The notes: generated by a model not told the origin, from the letters alone. DNA of 63,218 nt, filler included, from Choristocarpus tenellus KU-1152 (GCA_964200185.2; 9 parts of 9 records of this genome joined end to end with filler, not necessarily neighbours in it); one strand, 5' to 3'; positions 12,639-26,440 are shown, counted from the whole stretch's first letter. Translations and numbers: made by a program.

Positions 12639-13949
12639 CATGATAATAAGAACAAGGGCAAGGGGAAGGTGCCGCTAAATGTATCTACGGAGAAAGTCGC
12701 GTCCTACAAGCCTCACGGTGCCAACAATCGTAAACGCTTGAGCTTTGTAGAGAAGGTGGAAGCATTGAAACTCCTGAAGACCATGACCGGAACTGCGGTT
12801 GCTCAAAAGTTTGGAATCGGTCACAGCACCCTCTACAAGTTGAAGAAGGAGGCAAGAACCTTGATGGAGAAAGCATAGACGCTAAAGTCTGATGCCAGGT
12901 CTACGAGGGGTGCCAAACATTTTGAGACGCACCGGTGTGTGGATTGAAATTATGAAAGTAGGTTGATTGTGATCGTGATTGAATTGTCTTTATGCACTGT
13001 CTGCTGATGAGGATCATGATTTAATTTTTCGAAATTTTGTGCTCGTTTCTGTCGTACTTTAATGTCTGTACTGTGTATTGTAGTAGCACAGGTGGCCATT
13101 TTTTTCGTAGAGGTAACGTTCCACACAAGGTGTCTCTATATATTAATGAGGACCTCTCTAATGCTCTTGGTGCTCTGCACCTCAAACCCGGCTGATAGCT
13201 ATCTCAAACTTCCATCAACGCAGCAAGAGCCTGGATCGGTGTGAAAGACAATGATGAAGTGGTCAATGTGATACCAGAGGATATGAAAGACCAGCTGCTC
13301 GAGAAACTCTGGTACCAGTCAGACAATGAAACCCCAGGTGACGAGGATGGCGATGGGTTTATGGGAGGGGGCAGCGCATCGGGGGCCGTGAGGAAAGGAG
13401 CAGCCTCTTCCGTCCGTGCTCTCGATCCCTCCACCGCCATACTCTCAACTAGCTGACAAGTTTGCAAGCTTAGAAACAACCGTCGAAGAGTGCAGCATGA
13501 ACTATGTTTCGTACCATCTCTGGAAAGCAAAGCTGGCTTGGGTCAGCGTAATCGGGGCAAGGGCAATCAAACAAGCGAAGATTCAAGTTTTTTTGGCAAT
13601 CGAAATTTTTTTAGCAGCGAATAAAGTTGTTTTACTCAGAGCGTGCAATGGTAGGTGCATGGCGGTGCAGCTACATTTGATCCATGGTGTTTTTGATACT
13701 GTACTGTATAATATCCTTGTAGAGTGCAATTGAATTCCTAGGGCAGGGTATTGGAGGGAATTTGGAATTGAACGTTGATTTGATTTGAACTGCGAGTCAT
13801 CCGTCCAGCCATCCAATGGCATGTGGATGCTTTTTGGGGGAAGGAGTACTATAGATGTGAGTGAATACATCGTAATGAGGGTAATTTTACCCAAGTTATA
13901 GTATGGTATACATATGACACTGGTATACTGTGGAGGGGTGGTGTAGAAT

Positions 13950-14210
13950 GAGTGAAAGTATCTTAGAGGGTACGAGTTTTTCCCTGTTTGTCCATTTGGG
14001 GCTTGGCTTCCCACAGGTTTTTAATGACATTTTACCGACTCCAACATGGTTCGGAGTAGGTAAACTGTATACGTTATGAAAAGGAGTGTCTCTGGAACAG
14101 GGATATTGACTTCTCCTAACAAACATGATAGCCAAAATTACATCAAAATTGCAACATTGGATTTTGGTCCCCAAATGGACACGGCTCTACCCTCTAAGAT
14201 ACTTTGACCT
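13950..14210. mobile_element. Second copy of the same MITE, inverted relative to 12380-12638
   Basis: Reverse complement aligns over ~260 bp (ORFs 12462 and 13896 share DTPFHNVY.LPTP.H.GVGK); TIR GAGTGAAAGTATCTTAGAGGG ... CCCTCTAAGATACTTTGACC. Confidence 0.8.
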
Positions 14211-14527
14211 AGATGTGGTGCTTGCTACACCACCACAGCTCCATCGAAATGGGCTCACCGAGGACAATGCTCAATACTTATCTACATGTAACTTCTAACA
14301 TGGGATGCACAGTACAGCAAGGGAGTCGCTCTGTCGTTGTCTGGGGACAAATATAAAGTGCCTTCAACCACTTTTGCTCGATATAAAATAAGTTTCTCTT
14401 ACCACGATCCCTCTGTTTATATAAAATAAGAGAGGATTGGAATATAAGAGAGGGTTTTGGGGTTGTCCCTACCCTCTCTTATATACGTACATCAACTGTA
14501 CAACGAAAAGTGTTACTTTTTGGGGGG

Positions 14528-14602
14528 GGGTTCTGGCATGTGAATAGTTTTCATTGTTTTTCCCCCCAACACTTCTGGAAAATGTGAAAGGGATAATAGT
14601 AA
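14528..14602 (+). mobile_element. Short degenerate 3'-terminal fragment of the RLE LINE
   Basis: tagttttcattgtttttccccccaacacttctggaaaatgtgaaagggataatag matches the LINE 3' terminus. Confidence 0.6.
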
Positions 14603-17099
14603 AAAATACATAGCCATACATCATAATAATCATAATAGATATAGACAGTCCATATGACATCAGCATTTGCTTCTTGATGACGTCAATATCGGGTGGTTTG
14701 AGTGGAGTTTACAGACCCCCTTCATTTACTCTCCGGTTCACTTCTCCATTGAGTAACCTCCTGAGGGTTGCTCACTCTCCTGCCTTGTCTCTTTCCTTCC
14801 CTTCCTCCTGCAGGTCTTCCAATTCTCCTTCAGTCTTTGAAGAACTTGTCTGCACGTTTCCAACTATTTCATAGCGGCAATGACGGCAGAGAGAAGTTCT
14901 GAAGTGGGAGAGTACTTCAACAATACTTTGGGGGACACTATGAATTATGTGATTCTGTGTTGGCGTGGTTCACTCTGATAAAACATAGGCCTCTCATTTG
15001 ATTTGCTTTGATAGGATACAGCATCGTCAGTCCATACTGAACGTTGATTTATCCATTGCAATGGTCGCTATTCCATTTACATCCTTAGCTCATTAGCTCG
15101 TCATCACAACTCACTCAGAAGATGTATGACAGTATTTGCGTTAGATATGAATCCAAGCTTGGCTTCTTCTTTCTTCCTGTGATACTTCTTATTTTTTACT
15201 TCACTGACAACCCCTCAGTAAGACGTGCCATCACTCTGCAACACGTATTAGACACACACCGGGATGCAACATATATATACAGAGTAAAAACCATCCATCA
15301 AAACCCTTATCTGCTAAGGTGACAACCCTCTTCACAGAGGATGAATTCCTTCATTTGAATGTCTCAATGAAAGACCACACAGTTTCTATCAATCACCGTC
15401 TGCTTGAGTTATATATGCCACGGACATAACAGTACCCATCTCACTTCAACCAAAGTCTGATTGTTAAGACATCCCTTCAGACACATCAAACCGAACCCGC
15501 AGGTCTCTTGTTGCACCATGACACACACTTGCCTCTAACCGTTTTGATCACAGTACAACCAAACATACCTTCACATCGAACAATGTCTGACTGAATACAA
15601 CCTGTCGCCAGACCTACCAGAACAAATTCCTTGTGCGTTGTTGCGCTATGACCTCCTTCATCACAAATCAGACACATCACAACAACACACAACTCATACG
15701 AAATTTGGTTTCAACAGGTTATGAGCCTCAACACTTGATCGACACATACTACAACACATTCACCCGACCTTGTCTTGTACTACCACCAACTTCACCACAC
15801 TAGATACCCCCACTGTACCGCCATGTAATGTCAGGTAACGCCATTTCCCCTGGCGATGCCTTTCCTTGAACCGCCTTTGCACTCTATGTTGTGAGCACCT
15901 GGAGCTGTGTGGCTCCTCGGACCCATCGAGTTTTATCCAGCACTCTTCCTGTCTTTCCACCATACCACTCCACCCCCCATTGCATACGAAGAAGATAGTG
16001 AACAGCCGTTCGGCACCCTCCTTGCTACGCGCCGTTGACGTTCGAAAGAGGCCTTCACAGGCTCCAGCAGCAGGACGAAACTCACACCACTGATGGCTTG
16101 TCAGCATGGCAGTCTCTGAAGTCCAAGGACAAAGCTGTGTGATGGAACAACGGATTCGTGCTATTCATCACCGGTTCCAGCTTTGTATTATGGACACTGG
16201 CGAGGACCCCGACCAGTGACTCCAGTCACCTCTACAAGGCTAAGACCTGAGCTGGGGACCCCGCAGCCTTCCTTACACTGTTCGAGCTCACCACTGCCGC
16301 TACTGTCACCAACCTGGTCATCCCCTACGCCAATGCCCCAACAGTCCCTATGTCTGCACCCACCCACCACCCTAAGTCACCACCTCACCAACATCCCAAA
16401 CCCCTGCCACACTTCCTTACGCTTGGTGTTCCTACCACATGAAACCTCCGCACCCTGATCGAGAATACTGAGGACAACATCCACACCCTTGCTCACCGCC
16501 CATCCACCACTCACCCCCACCTACTTCCAATCACGCCCAACCATACGCCTCCAGTACAAGACACACCCACAACCGACCCACCTCAATCGCATCTGATCCT
16601 GGCTGCACAGTCCCCATTGCCAATCCCTCCCTTTATCCATATCATGAGTATCAAATATGATATACTGACACCTCTGACTGGTAACAATGTATCCGATACC
16701 ACTGTGTAAATTGTCAAAGTATCCCCAAAATCATCAAAGAGGATAAAGGTGATAAACCCGACGAGATTGCTTGGTGTCTGTAGNNNNNNNNNNNNNNNNN
16801 NNNNNNNNNNNNNNNNNNNNNNNNNNNTTAATTAATTAANNNNNNNNNNNNNNNNNNNNNNNNNNNNNNNNNNNNNNNNNNNNAGTGAAAATCGAAAAAA
16901 GGGTGAAAACCGGACGCCGACACCCCCCCCCCCCGAGATACTTTGACCCATGGATGCACTGGTCTTCTATGGATAAATGTGTCATCAAATATATGTAGGA
17001 GTGCCTGAGTAGCATTGATTCAAGGAACTAGTGAGTGTGTACCCAGACCTTATTGTCGAAAGTGCATACCAAGGTCACAGGTAGGTTATTTTTACTACC

Positions 17100-17760
17100 T
17101 GCAAGCAAGAAAAAGTGACGCACCAGAAGGACTTGACAAAAGTTAAGAATTTCTACAGTACATGTTGATCATAGTGGATGATCTGAAAACTTCACATGGA
17201 TGGAGTGTGCAACCAAATCCAAAACTGAGATCTCAGTGAGGTATTTGTACGAATGGATATACAAACTTGGGGGGGAAACTGAGGTACGGTTAAGTAAGAC
17301 AGAATCGCATTTTAAGAGAAAGGTGTGACGACGTAAGAGTTGTTCGGTGTGGACCACCACCACTTTGCCTTGGCGACCTCTCCATAGAAAAAATATACTG
17401 AGTTTATGGTGTGCTAGGGGTTGTGGACGGTATCCCATATCTGAGTGGGTAAAATATGTACTGGCAGTGCAGTGGCCTTAAACACAGTTCAATGCTAACA
17501 CATGGAAGCTACTGATATCATGTGATGTTTGGCAAGACCATTCCATTCTATAGTCTCAAGTCCGGTCACCTTAGGTGACCACTCATGGTTGGCTGTGGCT
17601 GACTCATGAGCAGATAGATGCTTGTGGAGGGACTAATGCTTCGGTGAAGTTAAATGAGGCAGTGCTCAGGGAAGTGGAGCACAACCATTGAAAGCAGCAC
17701 AATGAAGAAATTATGTTTACACACTACCAAAGAGTGTACTGCTTCACCACAAAGAAGAAG
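17100..17760 (+). mobile_element. Decayed Ty1/copia integrase remnant
   Basis: From 17159: YMLIIVDD, then frameshifted FTWMECATKSKTE, matching copia integrase YxLxIVDDYSRFTWVYFLKSKSE. Confidence 0.55.
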
Positions 17761-19574
17761 ATGATGTAGAAGAAGTAATATTAATTTACAGCAAAGAGTG
17801 AGTCCTATCCATAATGGTGGGGTTGTCATACCCTCCATAACATCCTAGGAAACAATATGGTAAATCGCCAACTACATACACATCCTAGAATGCTACTTCA
17901 ACATCAATATATTCCAATATCCCAATCCATCGTTAATCTACTGTTCTACACAATATCTTGCTACGTACATAATTACTAGATGTACCAGAGACCAGAAGGG
18001 AATCTTCTGCAATGACCTTAGCATGTCACAGGAGTTAGTGTGGGTAAGGGGCCAAACAAACTAATCATCCACTGCAAAGACACACTTCCCCACACTAGAA
18101 TTAAGATACAAATCAATGTATCAAGTTCATAGTTCAACGGACATTGTATCACTCAAGTTTTGTGGGTGTTAGTGGATTACACCTGGGTTCTCTTCATTTT
18201 CCAAGTTGATACAGAATTTTTCTCCTCTATTTTTTCTTCTCTTTGTACTTTTTTCATCATTTGAAGCTCTTTCTTTTGCTTTCTATAGCAATTCAATTGC
18301 TATCGTTCACTTGAGAATCTCAAGCACTGTGTAATGCTTTCTTCTAACTACCTTTCAACAACGGGTCTGGGACCCCTATGTATATAGTCACAACATTCAC
18401 AAATATGCCCCCTCTGGGAGGGGCTGGACCCCCCCCAGGGGTTGTACATGTATGACAGAGAGAGGGACATGGGAGAGGAGGGAGTGCGGCACGACTCCTT
18501 GGATCTTTGTGTACGTGGAAGTTTATGTTGAAGTCAAGATAAACTTGCGTAAAAATCTGACCATGTGAACTAGCTCTATACCTATTACTTGTACTATGCT
18601 TGATAACATGAGGGAATATTGGGAAACACAGAGACAGACAAACAGACAAACAAATCGGCAAGAATTACTTCCTTTCAGGTACATACATGAGAGGGACCTA
18701 AAGAGTCAGGGAGATGAACAATAGGACTCAAACCTCAAACATGAAAAAAAAGGCCTCTATTGAGCCAGTGCTGGCACCTACAGGCAGGCAGACAGATGGA
18801 CAGGAATTCCTTGGCTTTATAGTGTACGTATGTGAGAAATAAAAACACTTGTATAGAGGCATCCCATTAAGGTTTCATTTTTTTGAGGATTCTTGATTTT
18901 TGGAATAGGTTTGTTTGCAAGCACAAGAATTACTTGGTTTCCAGTACCTACATGAGAGGATCTCAAAGAGCCGGTGCTGGTAAGGTATTATTTTTCAAGA
19001 ATTTCGATTTTTTGAAGTATGTGCAAGTTCAAGGATGAGATGAGAGCCAGCGCTGGAAAAATAGAGACAAAAGACAGACAGATGGATGGATGGATGGACA
19101 GATAGGATCTACTTGGTATTCCACTGTACAAACATAAGAGGGGCGGGCCCAAAAAGATTGTGTATGGCCCCTTCAGAATCATCTTAGTATTAACGTACAA
19201 ATGTTATTAATATTGGTGTTTGTTTCACTTCAGCCTGGGACTATCCCAACCTGTGGCCAACAGGACTACACACACCAATACTTCTAACAACTGAGGGCTA
19301 TAGTGGCTCTACCCTCTAAGATACTTGACTCATTGAGTGCTGTAACTAACTGCTGCCCTACAACTAGTTATAATTCCCCAGTTCATGCCTTGGCTCTCGC
19401 ATGTTGGCTGGGCTCACTCATCCCATTACTTGTTTCTCCACCTTTCCCTCAAATCCTTGTGATGGTCTCACCTTGGTTTCGCTTGGTAATGGAGACTTGC
19501 CACATAGTTCGTTCTTTGTACTACTTTTCTCCAGCATATAGGGACAGACACAGGACAGTACAAATGTAAAAAGG

Positions 19575-19644
19575 AAGGCATGAACGGGATTCAACCCAAC
19601 AGAATTCAATCAGAACAACCTGCTTATCCACTGAGTCATAAGGA
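19575..19644 (-). pseudogene. Degenerate tRNA-derived sequence (possible SINE head)
   Basis: Minus strand has A-box-like TGACTCAGTGG and B-box-like GGGTTGAATCCC at tRNA-like spacing; no intact cloverleaf. Confidence 0.35.
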
Positions 19645-19749
19645 CAAACATATGTTTGTGTACAATCATGTGTTTCAAAACTTCTGCTTCGATTTGCTAT
19701 GACCCCCAGCCATTCATTTTTCTCATGGAAATTGGTTATTAATAGACTC

Positions 19750-22700
19750 CCAGTTGCCCCAATTAGAGACCAGGGCTACGCTCATCAAAGTTGCTCCCAC
19801 CTTTGGAGAACAGTTACCACAATGTTGCTCCCCTCCTGGGGAACTGAAACCTACCCAAAATGCTTTTTTCAGGGCTGATTGTAGGAAATCCCTAAAATCC
19901 AACGTGCTTGCTTTAATTCCCTACCCTAATACTATCGCTTTTCAAGTCACCTGCAGATGTTTTCATATACATGATAAGAACCCCAACCTTTTGCCTCCTC
20001 GCTTTATTAACTTACATGGGATTCATTCCCTTCTTGGCTAGTAAGAAGTATGTTTGTTACCCCCCTATCCTCCCAGAAGGCAATGCGAAAATACCTCAGG
20101 AACACACTTTCTCAACTTTTCCTTGGTCCATCCATTTCTTTTTTCGAATTTCTCCACTCTCCACTTGCTACCCTCTCCCTTGTATATCTTCAACAGAATC
20201 CTGTTGGGGAAAAATATCCTGACCTTCTAAGTGTTCCTCAAGGACCTCCAGCCCATTTCCTTAACTTAGGCCTCCATCTTCCAAGACTATCCCTTCCCTT
20301 TGTTAGTCCGTATTTCCCTATTTGAACACAAATTCCACTCTATTGACTTCCTTCCTCCTTTCCCATATATGCTGTATACTTTCTATTAAAAATATCATAC
20401 TCTCTCCAACTAGACAAGCATTCCCAACAGTACCATATTTTTCTGTAAACAACTATGATGCTCTTCATAAAATGAAGATTGACAGCACCAATTCTATCCA
20501 TACTGTCTTTCCTTTCATGTACACAGAAGTTCCTCATCCCTTGTCAAGATCCCAATGACAAAGATCTCCCCAATCTTTCTGCCCTGAACCATAAATCCCA
20601 TGTTACATTCCTCTGGTATTCCGCATTTCTCTTGTGTCAGTAAATGACATGTCGGTACCTCCCATCCCCCTATGATTTTTTTGCACATACTTCAGAGTGG
20701 CAAGCTTCCTCTTCGTTGCTATATATTTCATCCTTCCCTGTAACAAGATGCCGTTGTATCACCAATAATTACTTCCCTTCATTGTTACCCGTTTTCCTCT
20801 CTCTGCCAGTGTATCTATCTCTTCAAGTTACTATAATCACCCAACCTGTCATTCCTCCCATGGCCATTGACAAAAATTCCAGAACTTTCATTGAAATTTT
20901 ATGCCTGCACTATGTATCAGACTACTGCTTGAAAATCTGTACCTCAATCAAACACTCTGTTTATACTGGACAACAGCTTCACATTGTCATTCCACATCCA
21001 ACAGACTACCAATGTCTCTTTAGCAGTCTCTCAATGTTTTGGTGATAAGAAGCTGATAATGACTCTCCTTTCTTCTATTCCAGATTATCCAATGCCCACT
21101 CTACAACCGTTCTATGTCTCCCTGGAATTATTTGCTCAAATTACAGCCTTTTCTCCACTTACTTTGTCCCTGCCAAATTTCACGTGAAATTCTGTCAGCC
21201 TGGGGAGTCTCCATTTGAAGCATCTTCCCGCTTGTACCACATTCACTGTATGCCATAGCTTTTCAAATAGCTTCAACACATTGCTTGCTATAGCTTGTTT
21301 TCTCAAATCTGACCAGTTCTGTATTAATGACCTCAACGCTTCAATCTTTAGCATCTTACGTATATCCACTATGAGCCTCAACATTTTCACCTTGGTGTCA
21401 ATTTTCTCCTTAAAACCTCCCAGGGATTTGTTGAATCCTCCTTGCTGAAACAATTTAACATGGTCAGAAAATCAACGAATGTGTGCCACTCAAACATCTT
21501 GATCCCTTCCAATCATATCGTGCTTCCACATTACAAGTATCATCCATGTAATATCTTGAGAAAATTGGACCATTTGGTCCTTCCCCTTCACAATAATCCA
21601 CTTTAAACTTTCCCCTTCAAGTATCCCAAGGTTGTTGTTTCTCTGATTTCTGATGATTTCACAATCATGACTTGATGTTCTATTGGTATCCTCGATGCAC
21701 CTGAGTGGACCTTACTTAGCATCTGTTTTTGTTGTATGGCAGTGTGGATGTTCAGGGATTGCCGCAAAAAAGCACAAACATCCCAGATAAGACCACTACC
21801 CATGTGTTGAAGTTTGAAACCTATATCTATATTTGGTTGGAATGCGTATGCAAATATTCAAGCGTCTTCTGGAGTGATTAGAATACACTTAAACACATCT
21901 TTTACGTCCACTTTCGACAACATAATTCTTGCTGCTTGTCCATATCCTGTGCAACAACTGGTCAACTACTTCCCCTGGCTTGACAGGTGAGGCATCACCA
22001 AAGACTGTGCCTGCAATATTATATATAAATCTCCTCCAAAGCTGGTTGATGGGTTCATTAATCAATTACGTCTGTTGATTAATATTGGAGAGATCATAAA
22101 CCAGGTTTCAAAATGAATATAGAGATCTGCCCAACTCAACAACTGTGCTTATATTATCCCAGATTGCTTCATGACTGCAGTGTGATGATTGCTATACTGT
22201 AGCACCACTTGTAGGTTGGTTTCCCTGATTCTTAATTGTACCAGGTACGCCATTGTTGGCCACTAATGTAAACTAACACATCAATCTCTGGGAGGGCTAT
22301 TACATCCCAGAAGTATGTCTTATCCCTTCTCCTGTCTAGGTGTGGGACCAACAACCCACCACCATACTCAGTTATCTTGCCGCTTCCCTTTCATCTCCTG
22401 GCACACCATCTGCAGCAGGCCAGCTGCTGTGCCAGCAATTATCTTTAGCCACCTATAACTGCCCTGTTTTTCCTCTTTAAAAGTCCTCCTCATCCATTTT
22501 CCTCAGTACATACACTTCAAAAATGACTTCTCTTCCTTTCCACAAGGGACTAATTGCCAAAGGCCAGGCAGTTGAACTCTTTGCGATATCTGACAACCCC
22601 AGACCCATTTCAACATTAGGGTCCCCAAACCACAGAATCTCCTGTCGGGTTTGACAACACTGTATTAATCCTTGGTTCTAGCACTCCAACTATCCTCTCT

Positions 22701-24650
22701 GAGACAATTACATCTGGCCTAACTTAAGGTTTGACAACACTCAACTGGTCTTGGCGTTTCCTTAAGTTGTGAAACAATTTGTACCCTCTGTAAGGTCCCT
22801 ATCATAAACACATGAGCCAATCTTGAACTCTGCCTGACCTGGATCACCCAAAGGATCAAACACATTTGTATTAACTGTCGGATCCGAATTCCTTGAGAAA
22901 ACCACCGAAAATTAAAAACAGACGAAAATTAAGGTCTGATGGGCTAAGGCTCACCCTACAGTCCTTTACAGTATGTTCTGCAGAATTTGATGTACACCTT
23001 TGAGGGGGCTGATAAAGCTGGATCAACCTCGCTGCCTTCGAGAGACCAAAGACTCTATCAAGACCATCTAGACCAACTGTGGGACCAATAGAACCTAAAT
23101 CATCCAGACGAATCACCAAATCTAAAACGTCCAGACAGACTACAGGATCAATCCCTGGGTCCAAATCATCTTGACCAACTAGCTGGTCCAAGATCTCCAG
23201 ACGGACACAAGGAACAATTACACGGTCCAAACCATCTGGACTTAATGTAGGACCAACAAACAGTAGGGTCCAAATCATCTGGACCAATCACTGGGTTGAA
23301 ACTCTCCCAAGAAACTGTAGGAAAAACATCTGGACCAAGCATAGGTCCTCCGGTCAGACTATATAATTGGATCAACCACAATATCTAGCATCTGGACTGA
23401 AAGGGTCCAATCGTCTGGACCAACTGCTCGGACTAAAACCTCCAGATAGACTTAATCGGACCAACCACAGGGTCCAAACAGTACGGTTCAAACCACCTGG
23501 ACCAACCACCTGGTCCAAAACCTCTGAACTGACCGTAGGGTCCCAAATCCCTACCCACTAGGATCGAACTTCCTCTGTAGGATCTTACACACCTGGATGG
23601 ACCTTGAGACCTAATAGGCCCCGACTAAATGTGGGGTCATTTGCCGGACAAACCATAATATCTGATTTACCTTGACTCACTGTAGGGTCCCCAACTGAAT
23701 CAACCACAGCTTCCAAATCAGGAGTGAGTGTTCCAATTCCCCTTACCAATAACCATATATAAACTATCTGAGTACCAAATATGTAGGAGAGTTTTTGACT
23801 GCCAGTCCCCGCAACTAAATTCAGGTTAACCTTTTCCAACTATGGATTTTGACACTCTTGCGATGGAACCTGCCACAACTTCTTCTGAACAGATCCCGTC
23901 TGGAAATGGTGATCTTGGTCGAGGTATGGAACTCCTCACATTACCTGATATCCATGACTTCCATAGCGGTCTTTTTCCTGATCCTTTCCTGTGGTACAGT
24001 TTGGTCCTGCATCATAGCAGAGCTTAAACCCTAATCTTTTCCGTTTCTTGACAAAGGGTTGCGCCAGTGCAAATGAGGTTCCAATCCCTATGTTTGCTGT
24101 CCTTCATGGATTCATGTTCACCTGCAGTGTGCACACACTGGCTTTTAGGACAGACCATGTTTAGGCTGCGAGTTGCTGCCTTTCAGGACTTCCCCATTAA
24201 TTTCCACTGGCTAAGAAATGGACATTTGGCAGAGCTACACTATGATACTAACGGCAAACAGTGTTACCACTTACACCGCAAGTGATCATGGTTCACCACT
24301 AACCAGTCAAGGCTGCATTGGTTTCAATCTAATCAATGTAGCCCATCCTGTTAGAGCTACGGTAGGTCAATACCCTACCGTCCACAGCTGATAGGGCAGA
24401 AGTTTCCGTAGGTGAACCTGCGGATTGTTCATTATTGAGCGGTGAATAGAATCCTCCACTCCCCAATCCTTCTCTCATCCCTCTCAAGGTTTCCTTACTT
24501 GACCGTACTGGATGTAAGTATATCTGTAATATCAGGTGCTTGAGATTTGTTGAGGTGTACCTGATGTCCATAATCTTTTCGATGGTGTCTGAAATATTAT
24601 TACTCAATCCTCCTACTGCTAGCTAGCTCCCTCTATGACCAGGAGTCTGT
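19750..24650 (-). mobile_element. Decayed DIRS/Ngaro-type tyrosine-recombinase retrotransposon (RT-RNaseH-YR)
   Basis: Minus strand: ARIMLSKVDVKDVFKCILITPEDA*IFAYAF (~21840-21935, RT motif K.DVKDAFR); YMDD at 21539-21550; RT C-terminal LRSLIQNWSDLRK...KLWHTVNVVQAGRCF (ORF 21136-21453); YR-like DQG and SPKVGAT (HSLRIGGAT-like) at ~19790-20130. Boundaries approximate. Confidence 0.7.
23050..23560. repeat. Degenerate ~27-bp tandem repeat (GGTCCAAACCATCTGGACCAACCAC-like) inside the YR element
   Basis: Recurrent ggtccaaa..atctggaccaa units; the minus strand translates to ~9-aa LDPxVGxDx repeats (ORF 22871-23287). Confidence 0.7.
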
Positions 24651-26440
24651 CTGTTTCTCTCCCATATTGAGAACCACACTTGCATCCACTCTGTCATTCT
24701 CCCCACCTTGATCACTGGTCCCTACCTCTTCCCAATGATCTCCACCCTATCCTTCATGTACCCATATTTCATGTCCTATTCACATTGCTTCCATATCCCA
24801 TTATAAAACTCCCCAAACATCATAATTGTGGAAATCACTCATCCCTCATGTGGGCAACGGAACCAGCAAACAGGAGCCTCTGCGTGAGTCTCATCGCCTT
24901 GATACTCTCACACCCAGTCTTAATATCCGCATTTTTGTAGGGTAGGATAAGATTGGTGTGTTCCCATTTGTTAAAACCTATGCAACGGAGAAGGAATTCA
25001 TGGTGGGAGCATACCTTCAGATAATGAGCTTGGGAGAGTGTCCATCATACACAACTACATCACAGAACTTCTAGTACTTTTGCTTTTAGCATTCAAATCT
25101 TAAGCTTGAGTGAGACATCTGACGTCCTATTGTAGAGAATTTGGCGGTATTTGCAAAACAAATTCAAGCTTTTTGAGTCCTCTGATCTAAGCAGTGATAG
25201 TAGCATTGTCACTAATGGTTCCTCCAAGTTAAAACATCATTCTGTCCTCTCTCCATTCCACCATCATTGCCATGCTGTTCACATTAACATACATGTCAGT
25301 CTGCTTCTTGGTCTGGTCTAGTGCCTGGATCTGCATATTTTTGGAATCCTAATTAGGAGTGTGAAGACTTTTAGTCTCTGTCTCATCCATGATGATACAG
25401 TCCGACCAAATGATCCGACCAACTTCACAAGTACTGATATCTTCCAGACCAAACCCCCATGGATCTTGGAAACAATGCTTGAATCATCGACTTAAAGCAT
25501 ACCCCATGAAAGTCAATAATGTATTGCCCCACTCCCTAGTGCTCTTCCTTCTCTGATCTGGTTGTTTGTGACCACTCTCTTGATAGTAACAAGGTCTTTG
25601 GAGGTGGCTGGGTCGGAGGTGAACTCCTTAACTGGCAGATCAATAGTACAGATGAAGAGGGGTACATACATAGAGAGTAGGGACTGCTGGACATTTCAAC
25701 ACATACACCAGTCAGTAATACATCAAGGACAGCTTCAGTGTGAGTCAAAATGGAGAGGCCTTCCATATGGTAGTTGATACAACCTGGTAGGTTGGGGCGC
25801 AGAGGGTTTCAGGAGAAAGGTAGTTCTAAAATCCTGGTTGAGGCCAATTATTCCAGTCACTGCTCAAGCGACCATGTCCAGAAGAGTTTCACAGTTTAAA
25901 CGAGATATTCTATGTTGATCATATAGGAAAGGCTTTACATATAAATGAGATTCTTCCCTAGTTCTCGCCTATCTTCACGTAGAGTCAGTTTTTGGAGTGT
26001 TGTTTTTGTTGTTTTCTGGTCCATTTTATCTATATACAAGTTGGTGTACCTGGTATTGTAGTTCTTTTTATGATTGTGTTTGTGTATTCTTTACATGATC
26101 TTTCTCTTCTCAAGTCTCTATCGTTGCAACATCCTTTACTCCTTTCTTCTCTTCGCAGTCTGTTTTTCCTACATCCCAAACCCTACATAACAGTCGATTT
26201 TTTTTCATTCCCTAAAATGAGAGTGTTTTAGAGTATCGCGTAGATCGTTTTGTTTACTTCGGTTTTATTTCCCATTTATTTGTAGTTTCTAGACGTCAGT
26301 AGTTTATTTTTTAGCTTGACGTCTATCGTCCATTCCACGTGTTCAATGCAAAGTTTTTATTTGAATGTCTTTCTAGACTTCACATAGAGCCAGCTCCATT
26401 TATCATGTTGAAAGATCCCCATATCACATCATAACTAAAC

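Larger units (their letters stand above)
11813..14498 (+). mobile_element. pogo/Tigger-family DNA transposon, internally deleted and non-autonomous
   Basis: Imperfect ~26-bp TIRs (TAGTCGGGGTACCTATATAAGAGAGG at 11813-11838; CCTCTCTTATATACGTACATCAACTG at 14473-14498) flanked by TA at 11811-12 and 14499-500. CENP-B-type HTH (RKRLSFVEKVEALKLL...VAQKFGIGHSTLYKLKK) at ~12730-12850; acidic region and PIP-box-like KQAKIQVF near 13570. No DDE domain seen. Confidence 0.8.
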
